Shown here piece after piece: positions 24,625 to 37,844 of a stretch of DNA of 64,000 bases; the first letter of the stretch is position 1, and each line of letters starts with the position of its first letter. The DNA comes from Lophium mytilinum (Eukaryota). The stretch is from the NCBI GenBank assembly GCA_010093605.1, contig MU004187.1, positions 1,434,018 through 1,498,017 on the forward strand. The letters run 5' to 3'. A program made the position numbers and the translations under genes. Under the pieces are notes generated by a model, which saw nothing but the letters and a program-made list of their open reading frames with translations, was not told the DNA's origin and searched no databases.

Positions 24625-25809
24625 TCAGCCGCGCCGTGACGAATGGCGTGTATTTCGTGTCCGTCGATCATCAGAACTTGCGCTGCCTGGATGTTTGTTA
24701 GCGTTTGATACGTTTCGTACTTGCGGACAAGGATACTCACTTGTGCTGGTGTAATCGCTGTAGTAACTTGATCCGGTGTATTCGCTCTTCTGTTCCTCGC
24801 GCTTGTCGTGTCGCCTCTTCAATCCTAGAGCAATTGCCGCGCCTCCAAGGAGAGCGCCGATGCCCAAGGCGTTTCCGAAGCCACCGCCGGCTTTCTTTGG
24901 CGGCTTGGGACGACCGGGGCGGTCTCCGTACCAGCGACGTCCACCGCCACCAGCAGCACTGCTGTGATGGTGCTCTTCGATATAGGTCTCCTCGTGGGTG
25001 TGCTTTCGGTTCTTCTTGCCGAGACCGAAACAGGCAAGAATGGTATCGAAGAGTGCTCGGGCGCAACAGAAAAAGCAGAGGAGGAGGAGTAGCAGAAGAG
25101 CAGCTAGCACGCCAATGACGATGCCAGCAATAGCTCCGCCACTCAATCCACCACCTCCTCCAGATGCTACTGGAACCATAGTTCCATTTACCCCAGTCGC
25201 AATTGGAGATGAGAATGGAACAGTGGTCGTTGGGGTGCCGGTGGCTGTGACGATGATCAGACCAGAGCTTGTTGGGCGTAATGGGGCGGACGGGGTGAGG
25301 GTACCAGAAACGCCTCCTGAGCTGCCTGCGCCGACCAAGGCGCACTGTCCGGAAGTCAAACAGTAGTATCCGCTGTCGCAGCAGATGCTACCGCAAGGGG
25401 ACTGTGCACCGGTGCAAGTCCCTGTGGGTGTAGCCGCCGCAGTCGCTCCGACGTAGGAGCTGTAGACTGAGGTATGAGTGACCAAGCCCGTCTCAACCCA
25501 GGTCGAGGTGTAGTACATCCACTGGCCACCCGTTGTTGCAGCGGCAGTCACGGCTGGAGTAACGGCGGCACCGCACTGTGCCTGGTTGCTGGCATCGGTA
25601 AAGCAGGATTCGCCGGAGGCACAGCAAAGCTGGCCGTAGTAGCCGCAAGGATTCGCACAGTCCCGTAGCTCGAGTGGTTGCTCGGTGACATTGTGTAGCC
25701 TGGCGAGCTCTGGAAGATGTGCGGGATAGGGTTTGGCGAGGGCGGTGGTTGCGAAGGAGGAGAGGGCCACGAAGGCGAGAAGGGAGGATGAAGCTTCGAG
25801 GAACCGCAT
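24625..25809 (-). CDS. Type I membrane protein with Cys-rich and Thr-rich ectodomain
   Basis: Signal peptide; repeats CANPCGYYGQLCC and CGSICCDSGYYC; GLSGGAIAGIVIGV TM helix followed by CFFCC; basic tail. Intron 24687-24740. Confidence 0.85.
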   Translation of the reverse strand: MRFLEASSSLLAFVALSSFATTALAKPYPAHLPELARLHNVTEQPLELRDCANPCGYYGQLCCASGESCFTDASNQAQCGAAVTPAVTAAATTGGQWMYYTSTWVETGLVTHTSVYSSYVGATAAATPTGTCTGAQSPCGSICCDSGYYCLTSGQCALVGAGSSGGVSGTLTPSAPLRPTSSGLIIVTATGTPTTTVPFSSPIATGVNGTMVPVASGGGGGLSGGAIAGIVIGVLAALLLLLLLCFFCCARALFDTILACFGLGKKNRKHTHEETYIEEHHHSSAAGGGGRRWYGDRPGRPKPPKKAGGGFGNALGIGALLGGAAIALGLKRRHDKREEQKSEYTGSSYYSDYTSTSEYPCPQVRNVSNANKHPGSASSDDRRTRNTRHSSRRG

Positions 25810-26709
25810 GCTGGCGGTGTGCAGCCCGGAGTTGGCCAAGAGGAGGTCAATCGCGGAATGCGGCAGAGCAATGCAGCTCTTGTCGCTGGGAGTGGACGAC
25901 GATGGTGGTGGTGCGGGGTCGGTCCAGATGGTGTACTAGCTCGTGCAACCTATCGCTAGCTATGCTCGAGGATAGCTCAGAAAACGAAGTCGCAAGAATG
26001 TAGATGTTAGCTCTGAACGAGTGGAAAGTGTGCGTGAGGAATGCAGGTATGCGGGCGGCAAGGGAAATGGCAGCGGGCAGTTATTGCTGGGTGGAATGGA
26101 GAGGTTGGTACCTGCCACCGACTTTCCCAGCCACCGACTTCTCGACCGCACGGATTAGACAGTGCGCATGCGCAATTGAACAGGATTCTTGAAACCGAGG
26201 CGTCGTATACCGGACTTTGGGTCGTATGATGGATTTCTCTTACTGTGCTGAGGAGTTGGTGGTGATGCTCGCTGCGCAATCTGCCTCACGATGTTGCTTC
26301 CTTCGTAAATACCATTGACGGGGCAACCACAGCCGAGCACCAACCACCTCGAGCCACCATCTGCTGGATCGTTATGCCGAAATTTCTGACCGTGTCACTC
26401 TATTATTTTCTTCATGCTCAGCTGCTACGAATTGACGATGGTATCTTGTGAAGTTCAATTGCCCGATACACGTGACTGTGAATGGCACGTGGGAACGAAG
26501 CTTCTAGCCACAGCGCCAAGATTGCACCGCCACAATGACGACGAGGAGGTCGCGTGGCGTTCAATCAGATATAAAACCTCACCACCTCCCACAATATTGA
26601 AATATAATTCAAACCGGGCAATTAACTCAGACACATCTCGAATTGTAAAGACTCGTTCCTGATCCTCGAATCAACGATACTACCCAAAGTTCGCTCATCT
26701 ACACCCACG

Positions 26710-26904
26710 ATGCCTATCCCCATCCACACAACCACAACCGAGAACGCCCCCTCTGTTCAGGCGGCCACTCAAGCATCCAACCAGTCCAATCAGACCCAAT
26801 CGACCGGCTCCCAGCAGCCCAAGACGGAAGCCGAGCTGGCGGCCGAGAAGCGATACGAGGAGGCCATCGAGGAGGAGTATGCGAAGCGTGAAGGCGGCGC
26901 ATGA
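26710..26904 (+). CDS. 64-aa microprotein ending YEEAIEEEYAKREGGA
   Basis: ATG in good context (ACGATG), TATA-like TATAAAA at ~26570, GC3-biased codons. The C-terminus resembles a remembered conserved fungal small-protein motif. Confidence 0.75.
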   Translation: MPIPIHTTTTENAPSVQAATQASNQSNQTQSTGSQQPKTEAELAAEKRYEEAIEEEYAKREGGA

Positions 26905-27031
26905 ATGTATTGAAGCCTTGCGACGGCCTCCAACTTGACTTCCCATCGGCATACCTAGACTGGCAAAGTCTTGAATACTTGGCTTGCTACTCTCCACTTC
27001 CTGTACCATAGATACCCAAACCCAAATACAA

Positions 27032-27616
27032 TCATCCTGCAAGGGCCTTCTGCACTAACTCTTGCGGACGCCCGCTCATGGGAATCTTTAATGCCAATTC
27101 GTGTCCCTGCTCCGTCATCTTGCCCCAGGTCTTCTGCAGTATTTTGATGATCTTGTCTTCGTCGTGTTCCTTCTCGAACTGCTCAAATTGATCGTCGAGG
27201 AAGACGAGACACGCCACATCCTCGAGCGCTTGCGTTTCTTCGTCTTCTTTTAGGTCTTCTTTGCGAATGAGTGCAGCTACTCTTTCTGAGACCTCTGCCG
27301 GATAGCCGCACTCTCTACATATCTTTTCCACCCGCTCTGCCTGCCGCTTCTTGAGAAAGGTTCGCCAGGCGTGGTAACCAATGCGGGTCATTGGGTACGA
27401 GCTTCGTGGCACTTCCCAGCGGCGGAAGTGCTGAGCGCGAATGGCTAGGCGCAAAGGCTCCGATGCCTCTGGCGCACGACTTTTGAGGTACTCCGTCATT
27501 TTCTGCGCGTAATGAAGCTCGTACGGGACATCTTTGCCGTCGATGGATGTTTTCTTAGGATCAAGGGCATGCGCTGCGTCAATCTCCGCCAGCGCTTTAT
27601 CGTACGGCGAGGACAT
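27032..27616 (-). CDS. DUF4202 family protein
   Basis: IDAAHALDP, ELHYAQKM, RAQHFRRWEVPRSSYP, QALEDVACLVFL, KTWGKM. Intronless. Confidence 0.88.
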   Translation of the reverse strand: MSSPYDKALAEIDAAHALDPKKTSIDGKDVPYELHYAQKMTEYLKSRAPEASEPLRLAIRAQHFRRWEVPRSSYPMTRIGYHAWRTFLKKRQAERVEKICRECGYPAEVSERVAALIRKEDLKEDEETQALEDVACLVFLDDQFEQFEKEHDEDKIIKILQKTWGKMTEQGHELALKIPMSGRPQELVQKALAG

Positions 27617-27911
27617 CGAATTTACTGAAATTAAAAACTGAGGGAAACAGTTGATATTGAGATCTTGGAAGACGGATCAATTGACCGCATAGAATTGAAG
27701 ATAAGAGGAAGAGCTAATTCTCGCCAAGCATTCTCTAGATCCCGTGACCCATGCTCGGTGGTCCTCAACTCCACCTCTCCCTCTGTCCCTTTTAACCACC
27801 CCCAAACGCGCACATCCCACTACGCTCCACGCTCCTTACACGGCACGTGCGCCGCCCCGATTCTCGGATCTCAATCGCATATCGACAACCTCACTTTACA
27901 CGCCCGCCGCC

Positions 27912-29298
27912 ATGGAGTCATCGCCTGTGACCGCCTCCGCTCCCACCCAAACTCCGACCCAACCCTCCACCAGCACCGCCCTCACCACGGTCTCGCCCCT
28001 CAACACCATCCCGCAGGATATCGCGCTCCACCGCGCCCTGCTTTTCGCCCTAGACACGCCCGTCCAGCTCACACCCCAGGTCTGGGAGAAATTCTGGCCC
28101 TACATCGACAACGTCTGGTGTGTGCACCAAAAACCACAAGGACCACACCCTAGCGGCATCTCCAAGGTCTACGGCGGGTGCCGGCTGATTCGCAAGACAA
28201 ACTTCCCGCCTCCGCCAATTCATGAGAATAGTCGCCCGCGCCAGCGCCGCGAGGGTGGCACATGTAAGGCCAAGTTCCGCCTGACTATCTACCCGGACGG
28301 TAAGAGACAAGTCGAGCGCACTGGGGAGGCCCACAGCCATACACTTGAGCACATTGACAGCATCAAGCGCAATTCAGGTGTGCGCAAGCTGGTCCTCGAC
28401 GACTTCTTCAAGAGCTGGGAAGCTGGTGGGATTCTAGCGTATCTGCGCGACACAGCGCATCAACCCGACGGTCGCGATCTGCTGAAAGAGGCCGGAGGGC
28501 TGTATCTGAGTCGCCAGGAAGTCCAGAACATCATGAATGGGGCACTGAAGAAGGCCTATCCGGGGCAGGATATCTCAGAGGTCAAGTGAGTGTTTCTATC
28601 CAGTGAACTCAGAGCTACTCACTCGATCCACTTTACATTGCTTATGCCGCATCAGAAAGCAGATGGATAAGTACAAAACCTACACGACGTGCAACTTCAA
28701 AGGCTGCGACGCGCCCGCCTTCCCCGACATCAAGTCCCTCATGGACCACCGCAAAGCCGTCCACGGCCTCAAGTCCCACGATCACAGCGATAAAGTGTAC
28801 TCCTGCCCAGACAAGTCCTGCTGGCGCCGCAAGAAGTCAAAAGGGTTCGCTACACTTCTCGGACTCGAGGAACACTTGCGCGAGAAGCACGGCAATGGGG
28901 TCCTCGACGGAGATCTCACGGGCAACGGCAATGATGACATGGACGTAGACGACAACGGCGAAAGCAGCATGATGGGCGCGAGCGGATTACTGAGCGGTTT
29001 CGACTTGACTCTGGACCCGCAGCTCCAGGCCCCCATGGCGCAAGTCCAGCAACAGATCCTCGGCGACCCCATCACCCCTGCTAGCAGCACCCCCGGATCA
29101 GACAGTCAGCAGCAGAATGTCCAGGTGGAGCAGGAGGCGCCTAGGCTCATGAGCGAATCCGAGCGTGAGGGCATGAAGTTGAGGGTGAAGAGACTCGAGA
29201 TCGAGCGGAACAAGCTGGACCAGGAGATTCTGAGGATGCACCGTGTGCTGTATGGGGAGCAGGATGCTACCGGATCTGAGGATCACGGCGCCGGTTGA
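27912..29298 (+). CDS. Putative transcription factor: WRKY/FAR1-like C..C..HxH domain, two C2H2 fingers, C-terminal coiled coil
   Basis: YGGCRL...GTCKAKFRL...HSH; CNFKGC..HRKAVH; CPDKSC..HLREKH. Intron 28586-28655 joins the two ORFs in frame. Confidence 0.8.
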
Positions 29299-30066
29299 TC
29301 AAAGCACTAACGAAGGACAGAAAAGGAGACAAAGTATCAGCCATTCCATGGACATGAGTTATCAGCACCTCGCGACGAGGGAGGACGCAGTAAGTACCTT
29401 GAGCTAGAGCCCGCATCGATACCCAAGCATTATAGTGCCACTAGCGGGCTCTGCCGGATCGGCTTGTGCAAGCCATGGCAGTCACTGGCCGACTGCAGAG
29501 CGGGAAGAGGGATCATGCAAGTGGTTTGCGTAGAAAAGTGCTACTCTGAACAGGAAGAAGTTTCCGGCTTGTGGGACAGCCGATGGGGAGGCATATGCTT
29601 CTACAGTATGGGTAGTATGTGAAAGGACAGTGGCATGCAAGTTCACATCAAACACTAGAGTTAAGCCGACAAAATATGATTCTTTCAAAGCGAAGTTTTA
29701 ATTGGACAACAATGCGTGAAATGCGTTGAAAGTGCCGATTCTGTGTAAAGTTGAACGTCAGCATCTCTCGGTCAGTCTGTGAGTCGCCTTACTAAGAACT
29801 AGAGACACAACGCTTCTCAGACTTGCCTTTAGTCGGGTCACTGATCCCAGGGTTCTTACGTCTGACACTGGGACGATTCCAGAACCCGGTTCACTGCTAT
29901 TCAGAATATCCGAATCAGAAACGCAGGTAGTGTTCACGCCACAGTGCAGGGCAGGGGGCCCCAGGGTCTACCAAGTATCTGTCGGGCCGAAGCCCGTCAT
30001 CACAGCGAAAGGGGGAACAGATCAAACGAAAAGGAAATGTACGACTTCTTACCTTCCGCGTTTGAC

Positions 30067-31915
30067 TCATGACAGAAAGTGGGTGCCCTTCGATTTCCCC
30101 ATTTCCATCTTGGCTGTGCGCGCGCCGAATTGAATCTTAGTGTTGTCAGTGCAAAGAATTGGGCGGTGTTCAAAATGTGATTGCTTACTGCACGTTTCCT
30201 TTCGACAGCAACCTCTTTCATGCCTAATTTCCAGGCAAGTACTCTTAGAACCTTCTTCCCAGGTTCTATCTCTCTTACAGGGTTCGATGATTGCTTAGAT
30301 GCATTCTGACCGAACCCACACTTCTCCCATACCGGACAGGCCAAGGCCCAAGCAAGGAGGGTTTCGTCAAGGTAGGGAAACCTTGCTTCCCTACCCCAGT
30401 TGGAGATCACCCGATCATCGCGCCCGAGGTTGCGTTTGCCAAGACGATTGATGTCTAGTTCCAGCTCCTCGACCAGGCCAGGGAATCCAAGGCGAGAGAA
30501 AGCAGTCGCATGCCGTTGATAGCCCCCGAAGAGCTCGTCGGCGCCAAGGCCTGATAAAACGACGTGTGCGGGTGTCGTATACTCAGTCACTTCGGCATCG
30601 TTTGATCCACGAATGACTCCCGAGCCTCTGGAAGCAAAATATAGAGCGTAGGAAATAGAAAGATCCATCTCCGTGTTGTGGGGGTGCATCAGTTCAATTA
30701 CTGCTTCCCGGTGCCCTGTGGTCTCTGTGTACGGAATGTTGATTTCAACGAATCTCCAGTGTCGGCCCGGGCATATTCTTTGGATTTCGGCAAAGGATCT
30801 CCTCCCAGTGACTCTATCCGGGCACAGCTCGTACGGGGAAGTCTCTAAATCACTGGATCCCTTGGTCTTGTGGATTCGCGGGTTCTGAAACGCTACGTTT
30901 AGTAAATCTACGCTCTCGCTCATTGCAAGCGTGTCGTGGGCTAGTCGAGCAAGAACTGTGCAATCTAAGCCCCCCGAGAAAAGGACTGCGACCTTCGTGT
31001 CTACATCTGAACTATCTCGGACGTCGCTGGCTTGGCGAACGTTCCGGATCCGCAAGTCAATGGAGTTAGAGAGCACGCTATGGAGGCGTTCTACAGATGG
31101 AGACTCTATGCAAAGGGTCGAGGAATTGGTAGGCATTGATTTGTTCAGAGTTGGGAATGGTAAGATCTAAGGCCAATCAGTTGTCTTTAAATTGAAAGGA
31201 TACAGTTTCATACAAGACCGTTCGCAATATCCTTGGAATCGTCCTTTCGGAGCAGTGGGAAATGGTTTATACGCAAAGACATTCCCCCCGGTCTGGTGAG
31301 AAGAGGAGTGTCTGCATCTTCCGTATTGAGAACGTCAACAACATAGATGCCATCTGCTTCGACCTCAGACCAGCGCTCCGCAATATCGTTGCTGCAGACA
31401 CTAGAAAGGGTTAATCCTTCTTCGGCATTAGTCTCCTTCAGCAATGAGCGTCTTCCAAGGCAGTCTCTGCCATAGTAAACACGTCCATGTAAAGAATCGT
31501 AGAACACTAGCGCAAAAGGACCTGAAATTGACGAGATGGCGTCCAGAACGCTTTGGTGCGGGGAATTACTAGTGTCAGCTTTTGTACCTGCACAGGCTTT
31601 TACGAGAAGCTCCAGGACTTTCTGGGAATCATTCCCGGTGACGTCGTCTGGACCAATTTTCCAGGCTTCTCCGTTCCAGCATAAGATTGACTGAGAGTCC
31701 GCGTGAATGAGGGGTTGAGCCACTACATCAACTCCCCGCAGAGAAAGAACTGTGGAGAAGAAAGTCAGGAACGTCCTGCGGGAGCTGGGCGATTTTTGAA
31801 CAATCACTTGGTGCGCTTCGGCACGGTCAGGACCGCGATTCTCCAGAAGCTGTCGCGTCCCAGGGTTTGGCGTGACGTAGCCATGGCAGCTTATGGCAAA
31901 GAAGATGCCGCACAT
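30067..31915 (-). CDS. Asparagine synthetase domain-containing protein (ASNSD1/YML096W-like)
   Basis: MCGIF Ntn start, RGPD, WNGE, GRDCLGRRSL, VLFSGGLDC, SGLGADELFGGY, RNLGRDDR, KRAIQFGARTAKM after splicing. Two introns. Confidence 0.92.
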
Positions 31916-32246
31916 GAGCTGCGGCCTGGTAGAGCAGCCGCGAGCACAGGACTGAGTGAAATGTGGCGTGGTGTGAGGTGTCCAGGTTGTTGAAGGTGAG
32001 GCTGAAGTGCATGAAGGTCACGATAAACTTAGCGTCGGAGGTTTCGGCTTCAAGGCGCCGCTGGCCCGTGCGTCATCCTTCGAGCAAGATGCAGGCGTCG
32101 TGCTCCAAGGCCAGCAACATTACACTCTCTACTCTCCTTCTGACAAGAAACGCTTCCTCTAGCTTCTCGACGTGCACTTGATCCATGGGCCGGTTTCTAC
32201 CCTAGATTTCGACACTCACAGCCCTCGCCCCGCCGGACCACGGTCC

Positions 32247-34973
32247 ATGTCGTCCCCGAGTCCACCTGCTGAGGCCCAGGAAGACCAGGCTGCGGCTGGC
32301 GAGAAAGATATAGCTGAGAAGAACGCAGAGAAAACCTTGGACTTGGCTGGGAAGGTCGCAACACCTCATGAGCCTCTCGCCGAGAGCTCCAATCCACCGC
32401 AGGATGCATCGAGTCATGGAGCGGGGCAGGCAGGCGCTGAAGAGGAGGATAAGATAAAAACTACGGAGAATATGGTCAAGGAGGATGCTACACAGGCCAA
32501 GACGAGCTCGCTGGTAGCTGAGCCCTTGGAAAGCTCCCAAACTGAGAGTAGTGGTGCGAGCGGCGCAAAGCCAGAACTGCATCCAATCGTGACCGGGAAA
32601 GCAGATGGACAAGCGATAGTTCAGAGTGCAGACGCCCCACGAGCTATAACTCCTCCTCCAGATATCCCCTCAAAAAAAGCGGAACTTCGGTCTCCACCTC
32701 CTCCTCCACCGCCACCGAAGGACGACAAGTACCTAGCTTCGGGCCAAGACGTTCTGGTCCGGTCGAAGTCACCTGTAATACAAACCGAGAAGGCAAATGG
32801 AAGGAAATCGGAGGATGTAGAGGCAGCTGAATACAATGAGAAGGACATCGGGGCCCCAGGTGTCGATGATTCACGGTCTGAGATACAAAGTATTATGGAA
32901 CAGTTCGACGACGAGAGCGCGGCTCTCGGTATGGAAGAGATTATGTCTCCTCGGCTAGAATTCGCTGGACCCGTATTGGAGTCTCCCATACATCCTCCGA
33001 GGAGATCGAGTTTGGAGCCCCTGAGTGCCGCCTCAATAACTGAAGAATCTGGTCTCGCGAATAGGGCTCTTGGCTCACCACCGCCTCGCACCTCCTCTCT
33101 CTATAGCCTCAACACTGGGAAAGGTAAAGCCCCAATAAACGATAACCCCTCATCTCCGGCTATACACAAGCCGCCTCCTCCAGAGCCAGACCCCGAGCCA
33201 GATCTCCCCTTTGACTTCCATCGGTTCCTTGAGCAACTACGACACAAATCAGCAGACCCTGTCGCTAAGTTTCTCCGTTCGTTTTTACTTGAGTTCGGAA
33301 AAAAGCAATGGATGGTCCATGAACAAGTTAAGATAATTGGGGATTTTCTGGAGTTTATCAGCAAGAAGATGGCACAGTGTGAGGTCTGGCGGACGGTATC
33401 AGATGCCGAGTTTGATAATGCCCGAGAAGGCATGGAGAAGCTTGTCATGAACCGCCTATATTCACAGACTTTCTCGCCCGCGATAGCGCCACCTGAGCCT
33501 GTTGTAGGAGGGAAGAGCAGATCACGACGCGGACAAGAACAAGTGGGACACGGTAGGAGAGGTCAGCATCAAGAAGATGTCGAAAGAGACGAGGTCTTGG
33601 CCCAGAAAGTACGAATATATAAGTGGGTGAAGGAAGAGCATCTCGACATCGGCGCCGTTGGGGACAAGGGCCGGAAATTCCTTGTTCTGGCTCAACAAGG
33701 TTTGCATACTATTCATCTTCGCCACCGGTGTACTGAAGTGTTATAAGCTAACCTTGCACAGAGCTACTCAAGATCAAGAGCTACCGTGCGCCAAGAGACA
33801 AGGTGATATGTGTTCTGAACTGCTGCAAGGTCATTTTTGGTGAGATTACACCCTCGAGGCCGCTCGGGCAAAGCTGAACAACTGCAGGATTTCTACGGAC
33901 CTCACAGTCGGACCAGTCAGCTGATGCCTTTGTGCCTCTTCTGATCTATACTGTTCTACAGGCGAATCCAGATCATCTAGTATCCAATGTGCAATACATA
34001 TTGCGATTCCGTAATCAGGACAAGCTAGGAGGCGAGGCGGGCTACTACATCTCATCTCTAGTATGAACTTACAAAGGATACTATAGCTCAGCTCTAACGT
34101 GCCACCAGATGGGAGCAGTCCAATTCATCGAGAACCTCGACCGCACCTCCCTCACCATCTCAGACGCAGACTTCGAAGCCAACGTCGAAGCAGCAGTCTC
34201 CGCAATCGCCGAGCGCCACAACGCCGAAGAAGAAGAAGCCGAGCAACAGAAACTCCTCCAAGCCCACCCCCCAACAACTCCAGGCCACCCGGGACACCGA
34301 CGCATGCCCTCTCCCCACCTCCACCTCTCCGAGAAATCAACCCTCAGCCGGCCCGAAGTCACCCCCCGCAACTCCCTAGACGCCGAAAGCGTCCCGCCTC
34401 GACGCTCCACCAGCCTGAAGCAAAACGGCGGCAGCAGCCTCGCCGAGCCGCCCGCAGAGGAGGAAAACGCAGCCGTCGCGGGCTTGCTCCGCACCATCCA
34501 GCGCCCTCTCAGCACCATCGGCCGCATCTTCTCCGACTCGGACAGCTCGCAAACAAAACCAAATCACCCTGCCGCGACGCCCCAGCCGGGCAGCACACCG
34601 CGGCTGTCCCCCGCTCCCCCGCTTCCGCGCCGTAGCAGCGACCAGCCCCGCAGCTCGAGCGAGAAGGAGCGGAAGAGCCAGGACCAGCAGCGCACGGCAC
34701 AGCGGCTGAGCGCTGAAGACGCGGCGGCGCGGCAGGCGAGTGCGGAGGCGGAGGAGGCGAGGCGCATTCAGCGACAGGAGCATCGCGTCGTCGTCGAGAC
34801 GCTAGCGGGCATGTTTCCCGGGCTGGACAGGGAGGTCATTGACGACGTTGTGCGGCAGAAGGAGGGGAGGTTCGTAACTCGAATACCCAGATCGGAGTCT
34901 TTTGAAAGCTGTGCTGACGATATGCAGGGTCGGACTTGCGGTAGATGCGTGCTTGGCGCTTAGTAATCCATGA
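32247..34973 (+). CDS. VPS9: VPS9-domain Rab5 GEF with C-terminal CUE domain
   Basis: FDFHRFLEQLR, EGMEKLVMNRLY, YRAPRDKVIC, SADAFVP, GGEAGYY, and CUE MFPGLDREVI...AVDACLAL. Four introns. Confidence 0.93.
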
Positions 34974-35388
34974 GGTTGCTGGACTTCTGGGAGTGTTGTC
35001 TCTGGGGTTCGGAGTAGGATTAACCGGGGCGGGATACGCATTTTGGTTCTGCATGGCGTGGTACGCTGGCGTCCTGATCTTGTTCTCTTTCTCAGTGGGC
35101 GGGTTAGGTAGGATAGATTCGTTTTGAGCGACGAGGGCGATGGGCTAGGGACGTTTTATGGCACACGCTGTTTTCTGCTCATGCTTTGTCAGGGCGCTTG
35201 ATGCTCTGAAACAATATGGCATACTCATACTCTTACTCATACTAAATCCTGCTGCTACAGCTAACTCCAGTCAACGCTCACAATCATACCAACCAACCAA
35301 CTCCCTGATAGCAGCCATCGAACTCCTTTTACCCCTTCCTGAAGCTCTTCCCATACAAAGTCATCTACAATCAACCCCTTCACTCCCA

Positions 35389-37844
35389 TCACGAGAACCG
35401 CGCGTTCAAACTCCCTCCCGGCAGCGTCTCCCACCCCGTCGTCGCCAACTCGCTTCCAATCCCCAGATCCCCGACCACCGGCGCCGCGCTCACAGGGACG
35501 CCTCCTCCAGCCCCGGCCCCGCTCCCCTGCGGCATCGCCGGCATGCCGGGGAACACGTACTCGGTGCGCCGCATTTCCTGATTCGGCGGTGGGAGGCCAT
35601 TCGCAGCGGCTGCGCCACCGCTCCAGTCCACCGCAGGCTGGATGTACCCGCCGTTCGGGGAGTGGCTGTAAGCGCTAGCGTTGCTGAAGGGGCTTGTCTG
35701 GTTCTGGGGGTAGCCGGACGGGCTGGTCTGGTTCGGGGGGTAGCTGGGCGGGGTGGTGACATGGGCGTAGGCGGAGGCGGACTGCGGCGGCATGCCGGGG
35801 AGGCCAACCCATGCCGTGTTAGCGGGCGGGAGGCCGGACCAGGAGGGCTGGGCGGAGTGGTGCTGCGGACTTGGGATTGGGGAGATGGAGGCGCGGTGGT
35901 GGAGTTGGGCGCTTAGGGTGGCACTTTCGCGTTGGAAGCGGTCGCGCCAGCTCACGTAGCCGAAGCGGAGGCCGAATTGGGAGAGGATGGTGGTGAAGTC
36001 GTTGATTGCGTTGATGGCTCTGGTGGTTGGGTCGGCGATCATGCTGCCGTCGGTTGGAGGCTGAGGGACAGGGAAGGTAGGGGCTGGGATCTCTGCGGGC
36101 GGCGCCATGGGATCTTCGGAGACGGGTTGAGTCGTGGAAGGCGGAGGTGGTAGAGGCGGAGTTGGGTCGAGGATGACGTCTTGATTCCTCGCCAGGACGT
36201 CGACGAATTGTCGACCAGTCATGTAAGCGCGCATGGCATCGTAGAAGGTTACAGGAGGTTTGGTGGTGTTGTTCGGCTTTGACATCAGGGCCAGGAGTTT
36301 CGTTGCGTAGGCAATGCAGTGCTCGAAAATCAGACGTTGAGCGTATTCGTTAATGTGAGGTATCCGCGAGCTAGGAGATAGGATATAGACATAACTGTAC
36401 AAGAGCTCGAGCTCAAAAAATGCTTTCGTTGACGGAAGCGTCATGGCGGGCATGTCTTGGAACCAATGTGCCATCTCGTTATAAGTCTTCCAGATATACG
36501 GGTATGGATCATGCCATGCATCACGCCCAGATTGGAATAGGTCCATGTACCAAGATGACTGGATTTGTCGTAGCTTGAAGAGATCAAGAGCGGCGTCGAA
36601 GGACTGGAGCCAAACATGGGTTTTGGGAGAATTTTGTTTCGGCGAAGACATGGAGTTGGATGAGAATGGGACTGAGACATGGGCTGAATCGTCAGAGAAC
36701 GAGAACGCTCTGGTTTGGACGAGTGACGTCGACCTAAAGAATATAAGCTCGCTGTGTGCGGCATAACTGACCAGGAGACTTGCCTGTCCAGAGCATACAC
36801 ACACCAGTACACCCGTCTACGCATTTCTAATTTGGGCTTGGACACTGCTGCACTCTTGGAAGGGTCTTGGTGGATGCCGAGATCTACCATGGCCCTCGAA
36901 GCAGCGCCGATCAAGGTCCAGCTATCAAAATGATGAGGGTCTAGCATGGCATATTGAACAAGCAGTAGCAGAGCCTGGATACTACTGATGAAGCCAGGAT
37001 GTAGTACATCTTCCGCATGCTCTAGTGCAGCGGTCACATGGCCCACGGCATCAGAGTAGTGGGTGTCGCCTCGCTGCTCAGACAGGGACAGACAGGCTAT
37101 TGATAATACCAAGCGAACTGTCAAGTAGTCAAATGCGGTAGCCATCTCCGGGTCTTGGTGATACACGGCATCGACGGAGGCATAGAAGCTCGCCTCGTCG
37201 AATATGGGTAGAAGCACGAAGAAGTTGTTCAGGTAATGCTGGATCAGTGGTGTGGCTGCGTATCTTGGCGGGAGCGCTTTGTTCATGCCGGAGGGCAAGC
37301 TCTCTTTTGACGATGCGGACAAAATAAGCTTTGCGTACGACATGGCGGACGTGAAGCCGTAGAAGTCTCTTGCCGTAGCATTGACGGCGCTGGTGGTGGT
37401 CAATACGCACACATCTTACAGGTGTGATGTTGAGACTCACAGGAGACCAAAGTCAGACACCAACTCGTCAATATCAGCATTCTCCTGTCGCCTCTGCGCA
37501 CGCTTGCTCAGAGGATTGGAAGCTTTGACGGTTTCTACAGAGGTCCTACGCGGCGTTGCAGAGTTTTCGTAGTCCGGCATAGCTACGGACGACTTCCTCC
37601 TAGCCCTCGCTTCGTTCAACTTCTTCTCGAGCTTCTCAACCCGAGCCTCGAGGGTTGCAACATAGCTCCTCTCCTTTCCCCGGGCGAATTGGTCATTAGT
37701 ACTAGAGCACTCGGCTGCTTTGTTCGACTTCTCGCAGGCGGTGCAGGCAGGCAGCTTGCCGTCACACTTGACCTTGGCAGCCCGACACCGTGAGCATGCT
37801 GCCACCGGTCTGCTCACGCGAAGCAGCGGGGTTTCTAGAACCAT
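35389..37844 (-). CDS. Zn(II)2Cys6 transcription factor with fungal TF middle domain
   Basis: CSRCRAAKVKCDGKLPACTACEKSNKAAEC; DLGIHQDP..RRRVYWCVYALDR. Two CDS introns and a probable 5'UTR intron 37877-38160. Start codon uncertain. Confidence 0.9.
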
